Positions 1 through 10,495 of a DNA stretch of 64,000 nucleotides are shown here, one piece after another. The stretch covers positions 15,483 through 79,482 of the forward strand of contig DJKW01000009.1 of NCBI GenBank assembly GCA_002434805.1. Direction: 5' to 3'. The stretch comes from Patescibacteria group bacterium UBA6532. Its GTDB lineage: Bacteria; Patescibacteriota; Minisyncoccia; Minisyncoccales; UBA6532. A program made the position numbers and the translations under genes. Within the stretch, counting starts at the first letter, position 1, and every line of letters starts with the position of its first letter. The notes beneath the pieces were generated by a model. The model was not told the DNA's origin. It was given only the letters and a program-made list of their open reading frames with translations, and did no database searches.

Positions 1-1
1 A

Positions 2-2740
2 AAGCTTTTGCTGTCAAAAAAAATAGCGGAAGCGGAAAAAATAGCCATCAGGTATCAGGAAATTTTCAGCAAAGACAGCTTTTATTTGGAAATTCAGCAT
101 CATTCTAATATAAGGGAGCAAAAAACCGTTAACAACGGTTTAATCTCTATCTCTGAAAAATACGGCATTCCTCTTGTTGCCACAAATGACGTCCATTATT
201 TAAAACCAGAAGATTCTGACGCCCAAGACATTTTAATGCTAATAAATACCGGAGCCAGGTTAAGCGACCAGGAACGTTTAACTCTGAAAATCGATGACTT
301 TTCTTTAAGGTCAAGCCAAGAAATGGCAGAAGATTTTAAAGAAACTCCACAAGCTATAAAAAATACTAAAAAAATAGCCGACCTTTGTAATTTTCAGTTT
401 GAGTTGGGAAAAATCAAGCTTCCTTATTTTGAGGTTCCAAGTGGAAAAACTCCTGACACTTATTTAAAAGAGCTAACTTTAGCGGGAGCCAAAAAAAGAT
501 TCGGAAACAATCTCAAAAAAGAAATATTAAAAAGGTTAGATTACGAACTCTCGATTATAAAAGAAACTGGTTTTGCCTCCTATTTTTTAATTGTCCAGGA
601 TTTTGTCAAATGGGCAAAAGAGAACCGAATTATTGTCGGACCGGGCCGGGGCTCGGTTGCCGGATCCTTGATTTCTTATTGTTTGAATATTACCAACGTA
701 GATCCTTTAAAGTATAATCTTTTGTTTGAGCGTTTTATGAATCCTGAACGAATTTCTCCGCCAGATATTGATCTTGATTTTACAGACCGGAGGCGGGACG
801 AAGTAATAAATTACGTAGCTCAAAAATACGGAAAAAACCACGTAGCTCAAATTATCACTTTTGGAACTATGGCAGCTAGAGCTGTAATTAGGGATGTAGG
901 CAGGGCTTTGGGATATAATTACAGTTTTTGCGACAAAATCGCTAAAATGATTCCCATGGGCCAAACTTTAAATGAAACTCTTGAAAAAGTTGAAGAATTC
1001 CGCCAGATTTACGAATCAGACGAACAGGCCAAAAAACTCATTGACTCTGCAAAACAATTAGAAGGAGTGGCCCGCCATGCTTCTACCCACGCTTGCGGCG
1101 TTGTTATCTCTAAAGAACCTTTGGAAAATATCGTTCCTTTGCAGCATCCCACCCAAAACGATGAAAATATCGTTACCCAATATGAAATGCACTCTATTGA
1201 AGATTTAGGGCTCTTAAAAATGGATTTTCTCGGTTTAAAGAACTTAACTATTATTGAAGACACTCTTTCTAGAATTTACGCTGTTAATAATGTCAGCTTG
1301 GATATAGAAAAGATTCCTTTAAATGATATAAAGTCCTATGAAATTCTGCAAAAAGGTCAAACAGTGGGAGTCTTCCAATTGGAGTCAGGGGGTATGCAAA
1401 GATATTTAAAACAATTAAAACCCACTGAATTTGAAGATATCGTGGCTATGGTCGCCCTTTACAGGCCAGGCCCCATTCAATTTATCCCAGAATTTATTGC
1501 CAGAAAGCATAAAAAAAAGAAGATAGAATATTTGCATCCTGACTTAAAGCCAATTTTAGAAAGCACCCAGGGTATCTGCATATACCAAGAACAGCTAATG
1601 CAAATTGCCAAAAAGCTAGCTGGCTTTAGTTTGGCTGAAGCTGATATTTTAAGAAAGGCCGTAGGCAAGAAAATTAAAAAACTGTTATTGGAACAACAGG
1701 ATAAAATGATTAAAGGAATGATTGATAACGGAATTGACAAAAAAATAGCTGAAAGGATCTGGGAATGGATTTTACCGTTTGCCCGCTACGGATTTAATAA
1801 AAGTCACAGCGCCTCTTATGCCACCATTACCTACCAAACCGCTTACTTAAAAGCCAATTGGACAATTGAATTTATGGCTGCTCTTTTAACTTCAGAAAGG
1901 AACGATATAGAAAGAATTGCGATTTTAATTGATGAAGCGAAAAAGATGAAACTGCAGGTTTTACCTCCAGACATTAACGAAAGCTTTATGAATTTCAGCG
2001 TAGTTCCCAAAACGAATCAAATTCGCTTTGGCTTGCTGGCCATTAAAAATGTAGGGGAAAACGTAGTTAAGTCTCTTTTGGAGGAAAGAAAAGCTAACGG
2101 ACAATTTAATTCAATTAAAGATTTTGTTTTAAGGGTTAATTCTAAAGATTTGAACAAGAAATCCCTGGAAAGCTTAATTAAAGCCGGGGCTTTTGATAAG
2201 CTTGAAGAAAGAAACAGTTGTCTGACCAATCTAGAAAAGCTGCTGGAATGGTCAAGAAACAGTCAAAAAGAAAAAAATAACGGCCAGAAAGGCCTCTTTG
2301 ACGGAATGAAGCTAAATTCCAATCTAAAGCTTGATAAAGCAAAGCCTGCCAGCCAGGAAGAAAAATTAAACTGGGAGAAAGAGTTATTAGGCTTGTATAT
2401 TACTGGACACCCCCTTAAAAACTTTAAAAAAATATTAGAAGAAAAAACCGTCTCTATTACTAATGTTATCAATGGCAGTCCTCCAAAAACATTAGTCAGA
2501 ATCGGCGGAATCATTTCCAGTATTAAAAAAATCATAACCCGCAAGGGTCTGCCAATGCTTTTTGTAAAACTGGAAGATTTAACCGATAAGGTTGAAGTAG
2601 TTGTCTTCCCTTCTGTTCTAGAAAGAAATCCAGTGGTCTTTCAGGAAAACAAGGTTGTTTTGGTGGCCGGCAGGGTTGACCAAAGAGACAACACTCCTAA
2701 AATAATCTGCGAGGAGATTGAAGAAATTATTAATAAATAA
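2..2740 (+). CDS. dnaE: DNA polymerase III alpha subunit, 5'-truncated by window edge (PHP domain lies upstream)
   Basis: Reading frame is open to the window start. Pol III alpha core strings present: GSVAGSLISYCLNITNVDP, PDIDLDF, LYRPGP, GFNKSHSASYA. C-terminal OB-like region. Confidence 0.95.
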   Translation, partial: KLLLSKKIAEAEKIAIRYQEIFSKDSFYLEIQHHSNIREQKTVNNGLISISEKYGIPLVATNDVHYLKPEDSDAQDILMLINTGARLSDQERLTLKIDDFSLRSSQEMAEDFKETPQAIKNTKKIADLCNFQFELGKIKLPYFEVPSGKTPDTYLKELTLAGAKKRFGNNLKKEILKRLDYELSIIKETGFASYFLIVQDFVKWAKENRIIVGPGRGSVAGSLISYCLNITNVDPLKYNLLFERFMNPERISPPDIDLDFTDRRRDEVINYVAQKYGKNHVAQIITFGTMAARAVIRDVGRALGYNYSFCDKIAKMIPMGQTLNETLEKVEEFRQIYESDEQAKKLIDSAKQLEGVARHASTHACGVVISKEPLENIVPLQHPTQNDENIVTQYEMHSIEDLGLLKMDFLGLKNLTIIEDTLSRIYAVNNVSLDIEKIPLNDIKSYEILQKGQTVGVFQLESGGMQRYLKQLKPTEFEDIVAMVALYRPGPIQFIPEFIARKHKKKKIEYLHPDLKPILESTQGICIYQEQLMQIAKKLAGFSLAEADILRKAVGKKIKKLLLEQQDKMIKGMIDNGIDKKIAERIWEWILPFARYGFNKSHSASYATITYQTAYLKANWTIEFMAALLTSERNDIERIAILIDEAKKMKLQVLPPDINESFMNFSVVPKTNQIRFGLLAIKNVGENVVKSLLEERKANGQFNSIKDFVLRVNSKDLNKKSLESLIKAGAFDKLEERNSCLTNLEKLLEWSRNSQKEKNNGQKGLFDGMKLNSNLKLDKAKPASQEEKLNWEKELLGLYITGHPLKNFKKILEEKTVSITNVINGSPPKTLVRIGGIISSIKKIITRKGLPMLFVKLEDLTDKVEVVVFPSVLERNPVVFQENKVVLVAGRVDQRDNTPKIICEEIEEIINK

Positions 2741-2752
2741 ACTTGCCAGCTT

Positions 2753-4471
2753 ATGAAAATTGAAACAATTAGACATTCTCTATCACATATAATGGCTTTG
2801 GCTGTCCAGGAATTATTTCCTGGGACTAAATTTGGGATTGGACCAGCTATTGAAAACGGGTTTTATTACGATTTTGACCTGCCTGTTTCCATAACTTTAA
2901 ATGACCTGCCAAAGATTGAAAAGAAAATGAAGAAAATAATTAAAGGGAATCTCCTGTTTAAAAAAGAGAAACTAAAAATAACTGAAGCTAAAAAGTTATT
3001 TAAAAGCCAACCATATAAGCTAGAGTTGATTAAAGAACTAAAAGACAAACAAATCAATACTTACCAAAGCGGGAAGTTTACTGATTTTTGCAAAGGACCC
3101 CATGTTAAGTCAACCAAAGAAATTTCCATTGACGCTTTTAAGCTAACTAAGATTGCCGGTGCTTATTGGAAAGGATCTGAAGAAAAGACAATGTTAACTC
3201 GAATTTACGGAACGGCATTTCAAACAAAAAAAGAATTGGATGATTTCTTCACTGCAAAAAAAGAAGCTGAAAAAAGAGACCACCGGGTTTTAGGCCAAAA
3301 GCTGGAGCTTTTTATGTTTGATGAAGAAGTGGGAGCCGGCTTGCCTATTTGGATGCCAAAAGGAACGATTATTAGAAAAATTATTAAAGATTACTTATAC
3401 GAAGAATTAACCAAAGAAGGTTATAATTGGCTGTGGACTCCCCATATCGGACATTTAAATTTATGGAAAAAGTCAGGACATTGGAATTTTTACAAAGAAA
3501 GCCTCTACTCCCCCATTAAGATTGACGAGGAAGAGTATTTGTTAAAACCGATGAACTGCCCTTTCCATGTTAAGGTTTACAATTCTAAAATTCGAAGCTA
3601 TAGGGATTTGCCTTTATATTTTACAGAATTTGGAACAGTTTATCGTTATGAGAGGTCTGGAGTTTTACACGGGCTGACAAGGGTCCGCGGCTTTACCCAA
3701 GACGATGCTCATATTATTTGCGAACCCGACCAAATAGCCAAAGAGGTTGCTAAAATCGTAAAGCACGGTCTTAAAATGCTAAAAAGCTTTGGCTTTAAAG
3801 ATTTTAATATTTATCTTTCCACCCGGCCGGAAAAATATACCGGGTCTTTAAAAGACTGGCAAAAAGCCACAAATACTCTTAAGTATGTATTGGGAAAACT
3901 TAAATTAAAATATCAAATTGATTCTGGCGGTGGAGTTTTCTACGGACCGAAAATCGACATTAAAATAAAAGATTCTTTAGGACGAGAATGGCAATGTACG
4001 ACAATTCAGTTTGATTTTAACCTGCTAGAGCGCTTTAAAATGACCTATATTGATAAAAAGGGCAAGAAAAAGAAACCCTATATGATTCATAGAGCTCTTT
4101 TAGGGTCATTGGAAAGATTTATTGGAGTTTTGCTTGAACATTATGCCGGAAATCTTCCCCTTTGGCTTTCTCCAGAGCAAATTTGGGTAATACCTATTGG
4201 TTCTCGTCACCTAAAATATGCGAAAGAAATCAGCAATAAGCTCCAGAATGCTAGCTTCAGATTTAAAATAAAGGATGAAAATGAAACTGTTTCAAGAAAG
4301 ATAAGGGATGGCGAGCTCCAAAAAATTCCTTATTTACTTGTCGTCGGCGACAAAGAAATAACAAGTAAGTCAGTGAGAGTCAGAAAAAGAGGAAAAGGAG
4401 ACATAGGCCTTATTAAATTAACTAAATTTATAAATAAGGCTACAATGGAGTTAGAAAAAAGAAGCAATTAA
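2753..4471 (+). CDS. thrS: Threonyl-tRNA synthetase (no N-terminal TGS domain)
   Basis: Starts at the editing-domain HxxxH (IRHSLSHIMA). Class II core present: YRYERSG, GLTRVRGFTQDDAHI. C-terminal anticodon-binding domain. Confidence 0.93.
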   Translation: MKIETIRHSLSHIMALAVQELFPGTKFGIGPAIENGFYYDFDLPVSITLNDLPKIEKKMKKIIKGNLLFKKEKLKITEAKKLFKSQPYKLELIKELKDKQINTYQSGKFTDFCKGPHVKSTKEISIDAFKLTKIAGAYWKGSEEKTMLTRIYGTAFQTKKELDDFFTAKKEAEKRDHRVLGQKLELFMFDEEVGAGLPIWMPKGTIIRKIIKDYLYEELTKEGYNWLWTPHIGHLNLWKKSGHWNFYKESLYSPIKIDEEEYLLKPMNCPFHVKVYNSKIRSYRDLPLYFTEFGTVYRYERSGVLHGLTRVRGFTQDDAHIICEPDQIAKEVAKIVKHGLKMLKSFGFKDFNIYLSTRPEKYTGSLKDWQKATNTLKYVLGKLKLKYQIDSGGGVFYGPKIDIKIKDSLGREWQCTTIQFDFNLLERFKMTYIDKKGKKKKPYMIHRALLGSLERFIGVLLEHYAGNLPLWLSPEQIWVIPIGSRHLKYAKEISNKLQNASFRFKIKDENETVSRKIRDGELQKIPYLLVVGDKEITSKSVRVRKRGKGDIGLIKLTKFINKATMELEKRSN

Positions 4472-4475
4472 TTTT

Positions 4476-6080
4476 ATGGCAGAGCTATCCCAATTAACCC
4501 AACGCTTAATCCAGCAATATCAAAATTGGTCCCAATCCCTCCATCCCAAGGAGGGAATTCCTACAATCCACGTTGACGAGGTGGCTTCAAGTGTTGCTTC
4601 CTTCTATGAAAAGATAAGGGGGATAATCGAGTGGCGGGAAGAACACCTTTTAAGAGAAACAGCTATTGAGAGAATATTAAAAAGAAGGCTTATTTTAAAA
4701 AAAAGAGAGGAGAAGATTGCCGAACCCTTTATTTTAGAACTAATTCGTGGCGGGCACTTTCCAAACAATACAATTCCCGAAGTGAAGATAGAAGAAATTC
4801 AGAAAATAATAGATAAATATGCATTTATTCTAAAGAACAGTAATAATAAGGAACAAGAAAAACAAAAAACTCAACTCTTAAACTGGATTTTAGGAATCGC
4901 TGCCTGTGAAATAGAAGCCACGCTTGCTCCTCCAATTAAAGAAAAGGCTTTAATTGACTATATGACAGAATTCATGAAGGAAAGGATAAAAATCAAAGAA
5001 GGTATCTTTGTTATTGGCGGGATAACAGAAGAGCAAAAAAATACCCAAATTTATATCGCTTGTCAAAGATCCCTTTTTAAATTAGACGACTCTTTAATTA
5101 GGTATCATCTCTTGAATAAAAAATATTCAGATTGGTCAAATCTTTCTTCCCCACGTCTCCAAGAGATATCGGAAAATATCTTGAATATTCACAAAAGCAT
5201 TGAAGGAGATCTTCAACATCCCTGGGGAGAAAGAATTTACAATATTTGCGAAAGACACGATACTTCTTATTTGATTTTAGGCGATATTATAGCAATGAAT
5301 CCTTCAGAAGCACAAAAGAAACTAGAAAATCCTTCAGTTTTGGAAAATTTAATTAAAGAGACCTACGGAAAAAGAGTGATTAAGTTAAGAGAAAAATTAA
5401 ATAGAGCGGCTCTTTACAGCACTATTTCCATTTTTATCACTAAAATAGTTTCTGCTCTCGCTGTTGAAATTCCTTTTGATATCTATATAACTCAAGCTTT
5501 CAGCTATCAAACTCTTGGGATAAATATTATTTTTCCTCCATTCTTAATGTTTGTTTTAGTAAAAACAATAAGGCCTCCCAAGAAAGGAAATCTTCAAAAA
5601 GTGATAATGGAAGTTATAAAAATAACTTATGAAACAAAGAAAAAAGACGTTTACGTAGCAAAAAAACCAGCCAAAAGAGGTATTATTTTAAACAGTATAA
5701 TCATCTTTTTTTACCTTCTTGGATTTCTCGGTTCTTTTGGTATAATAATATGGGGTCTCCAAAGGCTGAATTTTGGAATTCTTTCAATGACAATCTTCTT
5801 ATTATTCTTGACTATGATTTCATATACTGGCATAAAGATCCGCCAAAGGGCAAAAGAATTAATTATACAGGAAGAACAGGAAACATTTTTGGGCATGATT
5901 TTTGACTTCTTTTCTTTGCCGATCATTCGAGTTGGAAGATGGATTTCTTCCCAATGGCAAAAGCATAATGCTGTAATAATCATCTTTAATTCTTTAATTG
6001 ATATGCCATTTCAACTATTCATTGAATTTCTGGAACAATGGAGATACTTTTTAAAAGAGAAAAAAGACGAAATACATTAA
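4476..6080 (+). CDS. Hypothetical membrane protein (soluble N-half, about 4-5 C-terminal TM helices)
   Basis: 534-aa ORF 4 nt after thrS. Hydrophobic segments after about residue 310. No family recognised. Confidence 0.6.
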   Translation: MAELSQLTQRLIQQYQNWSQSLHPKEGIPTIHVDEVASSVASFYEKIRGIIEWREEHLLRETAIERILKRRLILKKREEKIAEPFILELIRGGHFPNNTIPEVKIEEIQKIIDKYAFILKNSNNKEQEKQKTQLLNWILGIAACEIEATLAPPIKEKALIDYMTEFMKERIKIKEGIFVIGGITEEQKNTQIYIACQRSLFKLDDSLIRYHLLNKKYSDWSNLSSPRLQEISENILNIHKSIEGDLQHPWGERIYNICERHDTSYLILGDIIAMNPSEAQKKLENPSVLENLIKETYGKRVIKLREKLNRAALYSTISIFITKIVSALAVEIPFDIYITQAFSYQTLGINIIFPPFLMFVLVKTIRPPKKGNLQKVIMEVIKITYETKKKDVYVAKKPAKRGIILNSIIIFFYLLGFLGSFGIIIWGLQRLNFGILSMTIFLLFLTMISYTGIKIRQRAKELIIQEEQETFLGMIFDFFSLPIIRVGRWISSQWQKHNAVIIIFNSLIDMPFQLFIEFLEQWRYFLKEKKDEIH

Positions 6081-6162
6081 ATAATTATTTTAATGCTTAA
6101 ACATTCGAGCATTTAAACATTGTCTTTTTGCTTAAACGTTTTAAGTATTTTAATCCAAATAT

Positions 6163-8352
6163 ATGACATATTTAGTTAAGTTTTCAATAATCCTAATCAT
6201 CTCTCTTTTAGGCCTAACCTTTATTTCCGGCGTCTTAGCCCAGGAAACACCATCTCCTGATATAACCGAGATTATTAATCTTGACGAAAACATTACTTCA
6301 GAGGATCTTGAGGTGGGCACGCCTAGAATTTTACCAGACAGCCAGTTTTATTTTGTGAAAAATTTATCTCGAGGAATTCGTTCCTTGCTTACTTATAATC
6401 CAGTAGCAAAAATTGAATTAAAGCAGCAATTTGCCGATGAAAAGTTAATAGAGGTAAAAGAATTAGCTGAAGCAAGGCCAGAGAAAAAAGAAGCTCTGAA
6501 AAAAGCTTTTGAAAGCTACAGACTGGAAGTTGAACAACTGAAAGTAGTGGCAGAAAATATCACAGAAAATGTCGAAAACCCCAGAATTGATAAATTTTTA
6601 GATAAATTTATTGACCGTCAGTTAAAACACCAAAGATTACTTGGAATGCTAGAGACAAAGCTCCCACCCGAAGTTTATGAAAAGATAGAAGAAGTAAAAG
6701 AAGAAAACCTGGCTAAATTCTCTGACATCGGGCTAAAGTTTGCTGATCCCCTGATTTTTAAAGAGAAAATTGAGAAAATTTCCGAGGAACAATCAGGAAG
6801 CCAATTTAAGCATTTCAAAAACTTGGAAATATTAATTGCTTTGGAAGATAAAGTTTCAGATCAAGCCAAAGAAGCAATTCAATCAGCCCAAAAAAACTCA
6901 CTCAAGCGACTTAAAGAAAATTTAGAAGGAATGTCATTAGAAGACCAGGAGAAATTTAAAGACTATATTAATAACATTGGCGGGAATGAAATCAGGCATA
7001 TAGAAGTTATCCACGAGCTTGAAGGAGAAAATATTAAAGCTGACGTTCGGAAAACAATAGAGAATTCCAAAGAAAAGGTAGTCCAGCGAATTGAAACTCG
7101 ATTGTCAGTTTTTGAGAAAGGAGAAATAACTAAAGGAAGAGAAGCACTTCTCGGTCATTTAGAAAACGGGGAAATGAAAGATTTAAGAATTATCAAAGAA
7201 CTGGAAAACAGTCTTCCTCCCCAAACTATTGATAAAATATTGACTGTCAAATATAGAGCGATGGATAATTTTAGAAAAGATTTTGAGTCAGCTGATACAG
7301 TAAAAGAAAGAGAAAAATTCCTTAAACCTCTTGAAAAACTCCATGATGTTAAGCAGTTTGAAATATTTGAGGAAATTGAAGAAATAATTTCAGACGACAA
7401 AAAGGGATTTTTAGAACAACTAAAAGAAAAGACGTTAACTGAAATGAGAATTGAAGTAAATGGAGCGGAAAGCTCTAAAATGCGTACTCGTATATATGAA
7501 AAGTTAGCTGGTGATTCTCCAGAACAGATTGAAGTTATAAGAAAATACATTCCTCAATCAGACTTAAGGGAAGGAATTATAGTAAAACAAGTTGAAAAAT
7601 TAAAAATCAGAATAGAAAATATTGAAAATCCTATTCGTCTTGAAATCATAAGAAAGAAGGTTGACGAAGGAGGAATTATCAAACAAGAAGTAATTAGATT
7701 ACAGCCTAAATTCTTCCAAAAAGTAGAAGAAAAACAGGATATGTTTTCAGAAAAGATAACGCCGGAACGAGTTAAAGAAATGATTGAAAAAGTTAAGCAC
7801 CTTATTAACCAAGCCAAAGAAGAGCTTAATAAAATAGATGATGAAACAAGGAAGGTTTCGGCTAATAAGCTATTAGAAAGCGCCTTAGAGCATCAAAGAA
7901 GAGCTATTAAGGCTTTAAACGAGGAGGAAACAGGAGAAGCTTTCGGTCAGGCCACTTCAGCTCTTTATAACGCTGAAAATGCCATCCGAATAATAAGGAA
8001 AACTGAGATAAAAACAAATATCATGGAAAGCCGGATTATAGAACCTTCTGTTTCTCAAGAAATACCCACTATTGAAAAACCCCTTATCAGAGAATTATGT
8101 ATTCAGGTAATAACTCCGGCTATTAATTCAGATGGAATCTGCAAAAAGTTTTCCACCCCATGTGACGTTCCAGATGATTGGAAGAAAGTTGATAGCTGTC
8201 CCACGACTACCTCTGAGCCAAAAACTGAAGAAGGTGTTTTAAGCCCGATTTTTAGAAAGATTGAATCTGTACTTCCTTTAAAAGTTGAAGATAGTTCAGT
8301 AGAATCAGTAGAGAAAATAGAAGTTCAAGACGTTAAGACACTTGACAAATAA
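6163..8352 (+). CDS. Secreted or anchored coiled-coil protein with DUF5667-like N-terminal domain
   Basis: N-terminal signal/TM (FSIILIISLLGLTFISGVLA). DUF5667-like string SQFYFVKNLSRGIRSLLTYNPVAKIELKQQFADEKLIEVKEL. Long E/K-rich helical body and Cys-containing C-terminus. Confidence 0.65.
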   Translation: MTYLVKFSIILIISLLGLTFISGVLAQETPSPDITEIINLDENITSEDLEVGTPRILPDSQFYFVKNLSRGIRSLLTYNPVAKIELKQQFADEKLIEVKELAEARPEKKEALKKAFESYRLEVEQLKVVAENITENVENPRIDKFLDKFIDRQLKHQRLLGMLETKLPPEVYEKIEEVKEENLAKFSDIGLKFADPLIFKEKIEKISEEQSGSQFKHFKNLEILIALEDKVSDQAKEAIQSAQKNSLKRLKENLEGMSLEDQEKFKDYINNIGGNEIRHIEVIHELEGENIKADVRKTIENSKEKVVQRIETRLSVFEKGEITKGREALLGHLENGEMKDLRIIKELENSLPPQTIDKILTVKYRAMDNFRKDFESADTVKEREKFLKPLEKLHDVKQFEIFEEIEEIISDDKKGFLEQLKEKTLTEMRIEVNGAESSKMRTRIYEKLAGDSPEQIEVIRKYIPQSDLREGIIVKQVEKLKIRIENIENPIRLEIIRKKVDEGGIIKQEVIRLQPKFFQKVEEKQDMFSEKITPERVKEMIEKVKHLINQAKEELNKIDDETRKVSANKLLESALEHQRRAIKALNEEETGEAFGQATSALYNAENAIRIIRKTEIKTNIMESRIIEPSVSQEIPTIEKPLIRELCIQVITPAINSDGICKKFSTPCDVPDDWKKVDSCPTTTSEPKTEEGVLSPIFRKIESVLPLKVEDSSVESVEKIEVQDVKTLDK

Positions 8353-8370
8353 AAATTATTTAGGTAAAAT
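8342..8370 (+). promoter_or_regulatory. Sigma70-type promoter of RNase P RNA (TTGACA-17-TAAAAT)
   Basis: TTGACA at 8342-8347 overlaps the last codons of the upstream CDS. 17-nt spacer, TAAAAT at 8365-8370, about 8-10 nt before the rnpB 5' end. Confidence 0.6.
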
Positions 8371-8380
8371 ATAATTGTCT

Positions 8381-8741
8381 TAGTAGGTTGGGTGATCGCT
8401 CTCTCATTTTTCAATTGAAAGATGGGAAGGGAGGAAAGTCCGAACACTCATTTTCGCCATAAGGCGGATCTAAAAAAATAGCGGGTAACACCCGTCGGCC
8501 GCAAGGCTAGAGGTGCGAACAGAGACGTGCAAGACCGAAAGGTCAAGCAACCCTTTTAAAGGGTTAGACTGAGAAGTAATTCTCGGTGTGAAACGGCTAA
8601 ATCCTTATTGGGTGCAAGAACAAACATTTTGACAATCTCCGGATTTGCCAAAATGGAAAAGTAGTTCGCTTGAGTCAAAGAGCAATCTTTGGCCCAGATA
8701 GATGATCACATAAAGACAGAATTCGGCTTATAGATCTACTA
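8381..8741 (+). ncRNA. rnpB: RNase P RNA, bacterial type A
   Basis: Universal strings present: GGAGGAAAGTCCGAACAC, GGTAACACCCG, GTGCGAACAGAGA, GTGAAACGG, CCCAGATAGATGATCAC, ACAGAATTCGGCTTATAG. P1 pairing of tagtag (8381-8386) with ctacta (8736-8741). Ends approximate (+/-5 nt). Confidence 0.93.
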
Positions 8742-8746
8742 GGATA

Positions 8747-8780
8747 TTAAAAAGCACGACGTTCCAACGCCGCGCTTTTT
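8747..8780. terminator. Bidirectional intrinsic terminator between rnpB and rnhA
   Basis: Hairpin 8754-8775 (gcacgacg/ttccaa/cgccgcgc). On the minus strand it is fully paired with two G-U pairs. Flanked by an A-run upstream and a T-run downstream. Confidence 0.55.
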
Positions 8781-8796
8781 AATTATTGCTACTTCT

Positions 8797-9246
8797 TTAA
8801 AGATTTAAAGAACTCTGGCCTTCATGGCTATCAAGTACTTCATTTAACAACCGGTCAGCTTCCTGGTTTTTTTCTCGAGGAATTAAAGAAAACTTAACTT
8901 TTCCATAATCAATCTTTAAATTCCATGCTTTTAAAAACAAAAGTTGAATCTTTGAATCAATAACCTTATATTTACCCCCTAACTGATTAATTAAAAGCTC
9001 TGAGTCTGATTTTATTTCAACCTCAAGCTTTTTTATTTCCTTTTTTCCGTAAAGAGCTTTTATTTTCTTTAAAGCTAAAATTAAAGCTTGGTATTCAGCT
9101 TCATTATTGGTGGTTTTGCCCAAGTATTCAGAATACTCTTTTATTTTCTCTCCCTTATTGCTATAAATTGCCACACCGACTGCGGAAGGTCCCGGATTTC
9201 CCCGAGAACCGCCATCAGTATAGATAATTAATTTTTTCATTTTCAA
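8797..9246 (-). CDS. rnhA: Ribonuclease HI
   Basis: IYTDGGSRGNPGPSA, NNEAEYQALILAL and a C-terminal D-containing motif typical of RNase H type 1. Confidence 0.85.
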   Translation of the reverse strand: MKMKKLIIYTDGGSRGNPGPSAVGVAIYSNKGEKIKEYSEYLGKTTNNEAEYQALILALKKIKALYGKKEIKKLEVEIKSDSELLINQLGGKYKVIDSKIQLLFLKAWNLKIDYGKVKFSLIPREKNQEADRLLNEVLDSHEGQSSLNL

Positions 9247-9254
9247 AAGTTAAT

Positions 9255-10412
9255 TTATTGATTTTTGAAATATTGAGACAGGCACTTTTTGAATTTTTCT
9301 AAATTCTTATTTTTAATTCTAAATCCAGCCGCTAAAGGATGACCTCCGTATGTTTTTAAGTATTGATTGCAGTTTATCATTGCTTTAACTCCGTTTGATC
9401 CTTTAGGAATTCTTACAGATCCCGGGCTTTCAACTTTCCCTTTTTTATAAAGAAAAACAGGTCTTTTGTATTTTTGGCAAAGTCTTGAGGCGACAGATCC
9501 CAAGAAGACTAATGTCCAGGACGAATCTCCTTCAAAAATAATTGTTTCTTTAGCAATATCCAGACGATCTTTCACTTCTTCTGTAATTCTTTTAATCGCA
9601 GCTCTTTTTTTCTTTACCTTAGCAGTTAAATCATTGGCCATTTTTTTTGCTTTCTTCAGATCTTTTTCTATTAAGAGCAAAAACCCTTCATTTAAATGGT
9701 CCTTGAGACCAGCTACGTTTAAAGGAGGAATAATTTTTTGTTTGATTTCCTCAATCCCGTCTCCATTAAAATCAGTTATCTTTTTTAAAGCACGTAATCC
9801 TGCTCTTTGAGTATAATTTAAAGCTAAAGCTCCTACTCTGACAAATTCTTCGTTTTCATCTTCAAGGATCATTTGGTCAGCTAAGGTAGCTAAAACTACT
9901 AGCTCTAAAAATCTTTCGGGGAGCCAAACTAAACTCGGTTCTTTTAGTTCAAATAAGCACTTTGAAAGCTTGTATGTAATACCGGCACAAGCTAACTGCT
10001 TAAAAGAATACTTATCTCCTTTTTGCTTTGGATTTACAATAATAGAAGCTTTAGGAACTTTGGGTAAGGGATTATGATGGTCAATAATTATTACTTCAAA
10101 GCCATTTTTTTTAGCTAAATCTACTTCTTTAACATTACTCATTGCGCAGTCAAAACTGATTAATAAGGCCGGAGCTTTCTTTTTTAAAACCTTTAATGCC
10201 TTTTCATTAATACCATATCCTTCTTTTTCGCGATCGGGAAAGTAAATTTGAACCGGCTTTAAGCCAAATTCTTCCAGGGTCTCTTTTAAAATAATAACGC
10301 TAATTACCCCGTCAGGATCAGCATCGCCGTATAAAATAACCTTTTCCTTAAATTCAACTGCTTTTAAAATTCGCTTAGCCGCTTTTTCTAAATTCTTTAT
10401 TTCTTTTCCCAT
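9255..10412 (-). CDS. recJ: DHH-family phosphoesterase, short RecJ-like exonuclease core
   Basis: DHH motifs GDADPDG, REKEGYGI, FDCAM, IIIDHHNP. GGHPLAAG in the DHHA1 region. Much shorter than full-length RecJ. Confidence 0.7.
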   Translation of the reverse strand: MGKEIKNLEKAAKRILKAVEFKEKVILYGDADPDGVISVIILKETLEEFGLKPVQIYFPDREKEGYGINEKALKVLKKKAPALLISFDCAMSNVKEVDLAKKNGFEVIIIDHHNPLPKVPKASIIVNPKQKGDKYSFKQLACAGITYKLSKCLFELKEPSLVWLPERFLELVVLATLADQMILEDENEEFVRVGALALNYTQRAGLRALKKITDFNGDGIEEIKQKIIPPLNVAGLKDHLNEGFLLLIEKDLKKAKKMANDLTAKVKKKRAAIKRITEEVKDRLDIAKETIIFEGDSSWTLVFLGSVASRLCQKYKRPVFLYKKGKVESPGSVRIPKGSNGVKAMINCNQYLKTYGGHPLAAGFRIKNKNLEKFKKCLSQYFKNQ

Positions 10413-10456
10413 TTTTAAATTCTAACAAAAAATCGTTTAAAATAAAACTATTAATC

Positions 10457-10484
10457 TTGACAAATAAATCATCTCATTTAAACT
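10457..10484 (+). promoter_or_regulatory. Sigma70-type promoter (TTGACA-16-TAAACT) for the zinc-ribbon ORF
   Basis: TTGACA 10457-10462, TAAACT 10479-10484. ATG at 10496 leaves only about a 5-nt leader. Confidence 0.55.
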
Positions 10485-10495
10485 GGTAATAAGTG

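Noticed and set aside
707-2544. Short antisense ORFs inside dnaE (707-964, 1009-1263, 1477-1740, 2017-2229, 2263-2544). Analogous antisense or alternate-frame ORFs occur inside most long genes, e.g. 7155-7817, 9466-9810, 10896-11414, 12921-13631, 18020-18424, 35376-36479, 56256-57944 and 63551-63850.
   Set aside because: They lie entirely within, and opposite to or out of frame with, ORFs that carry strong family motifs. Their low-complexity F/L/S/K-rich translations are typical of AT-rich antisense frames.
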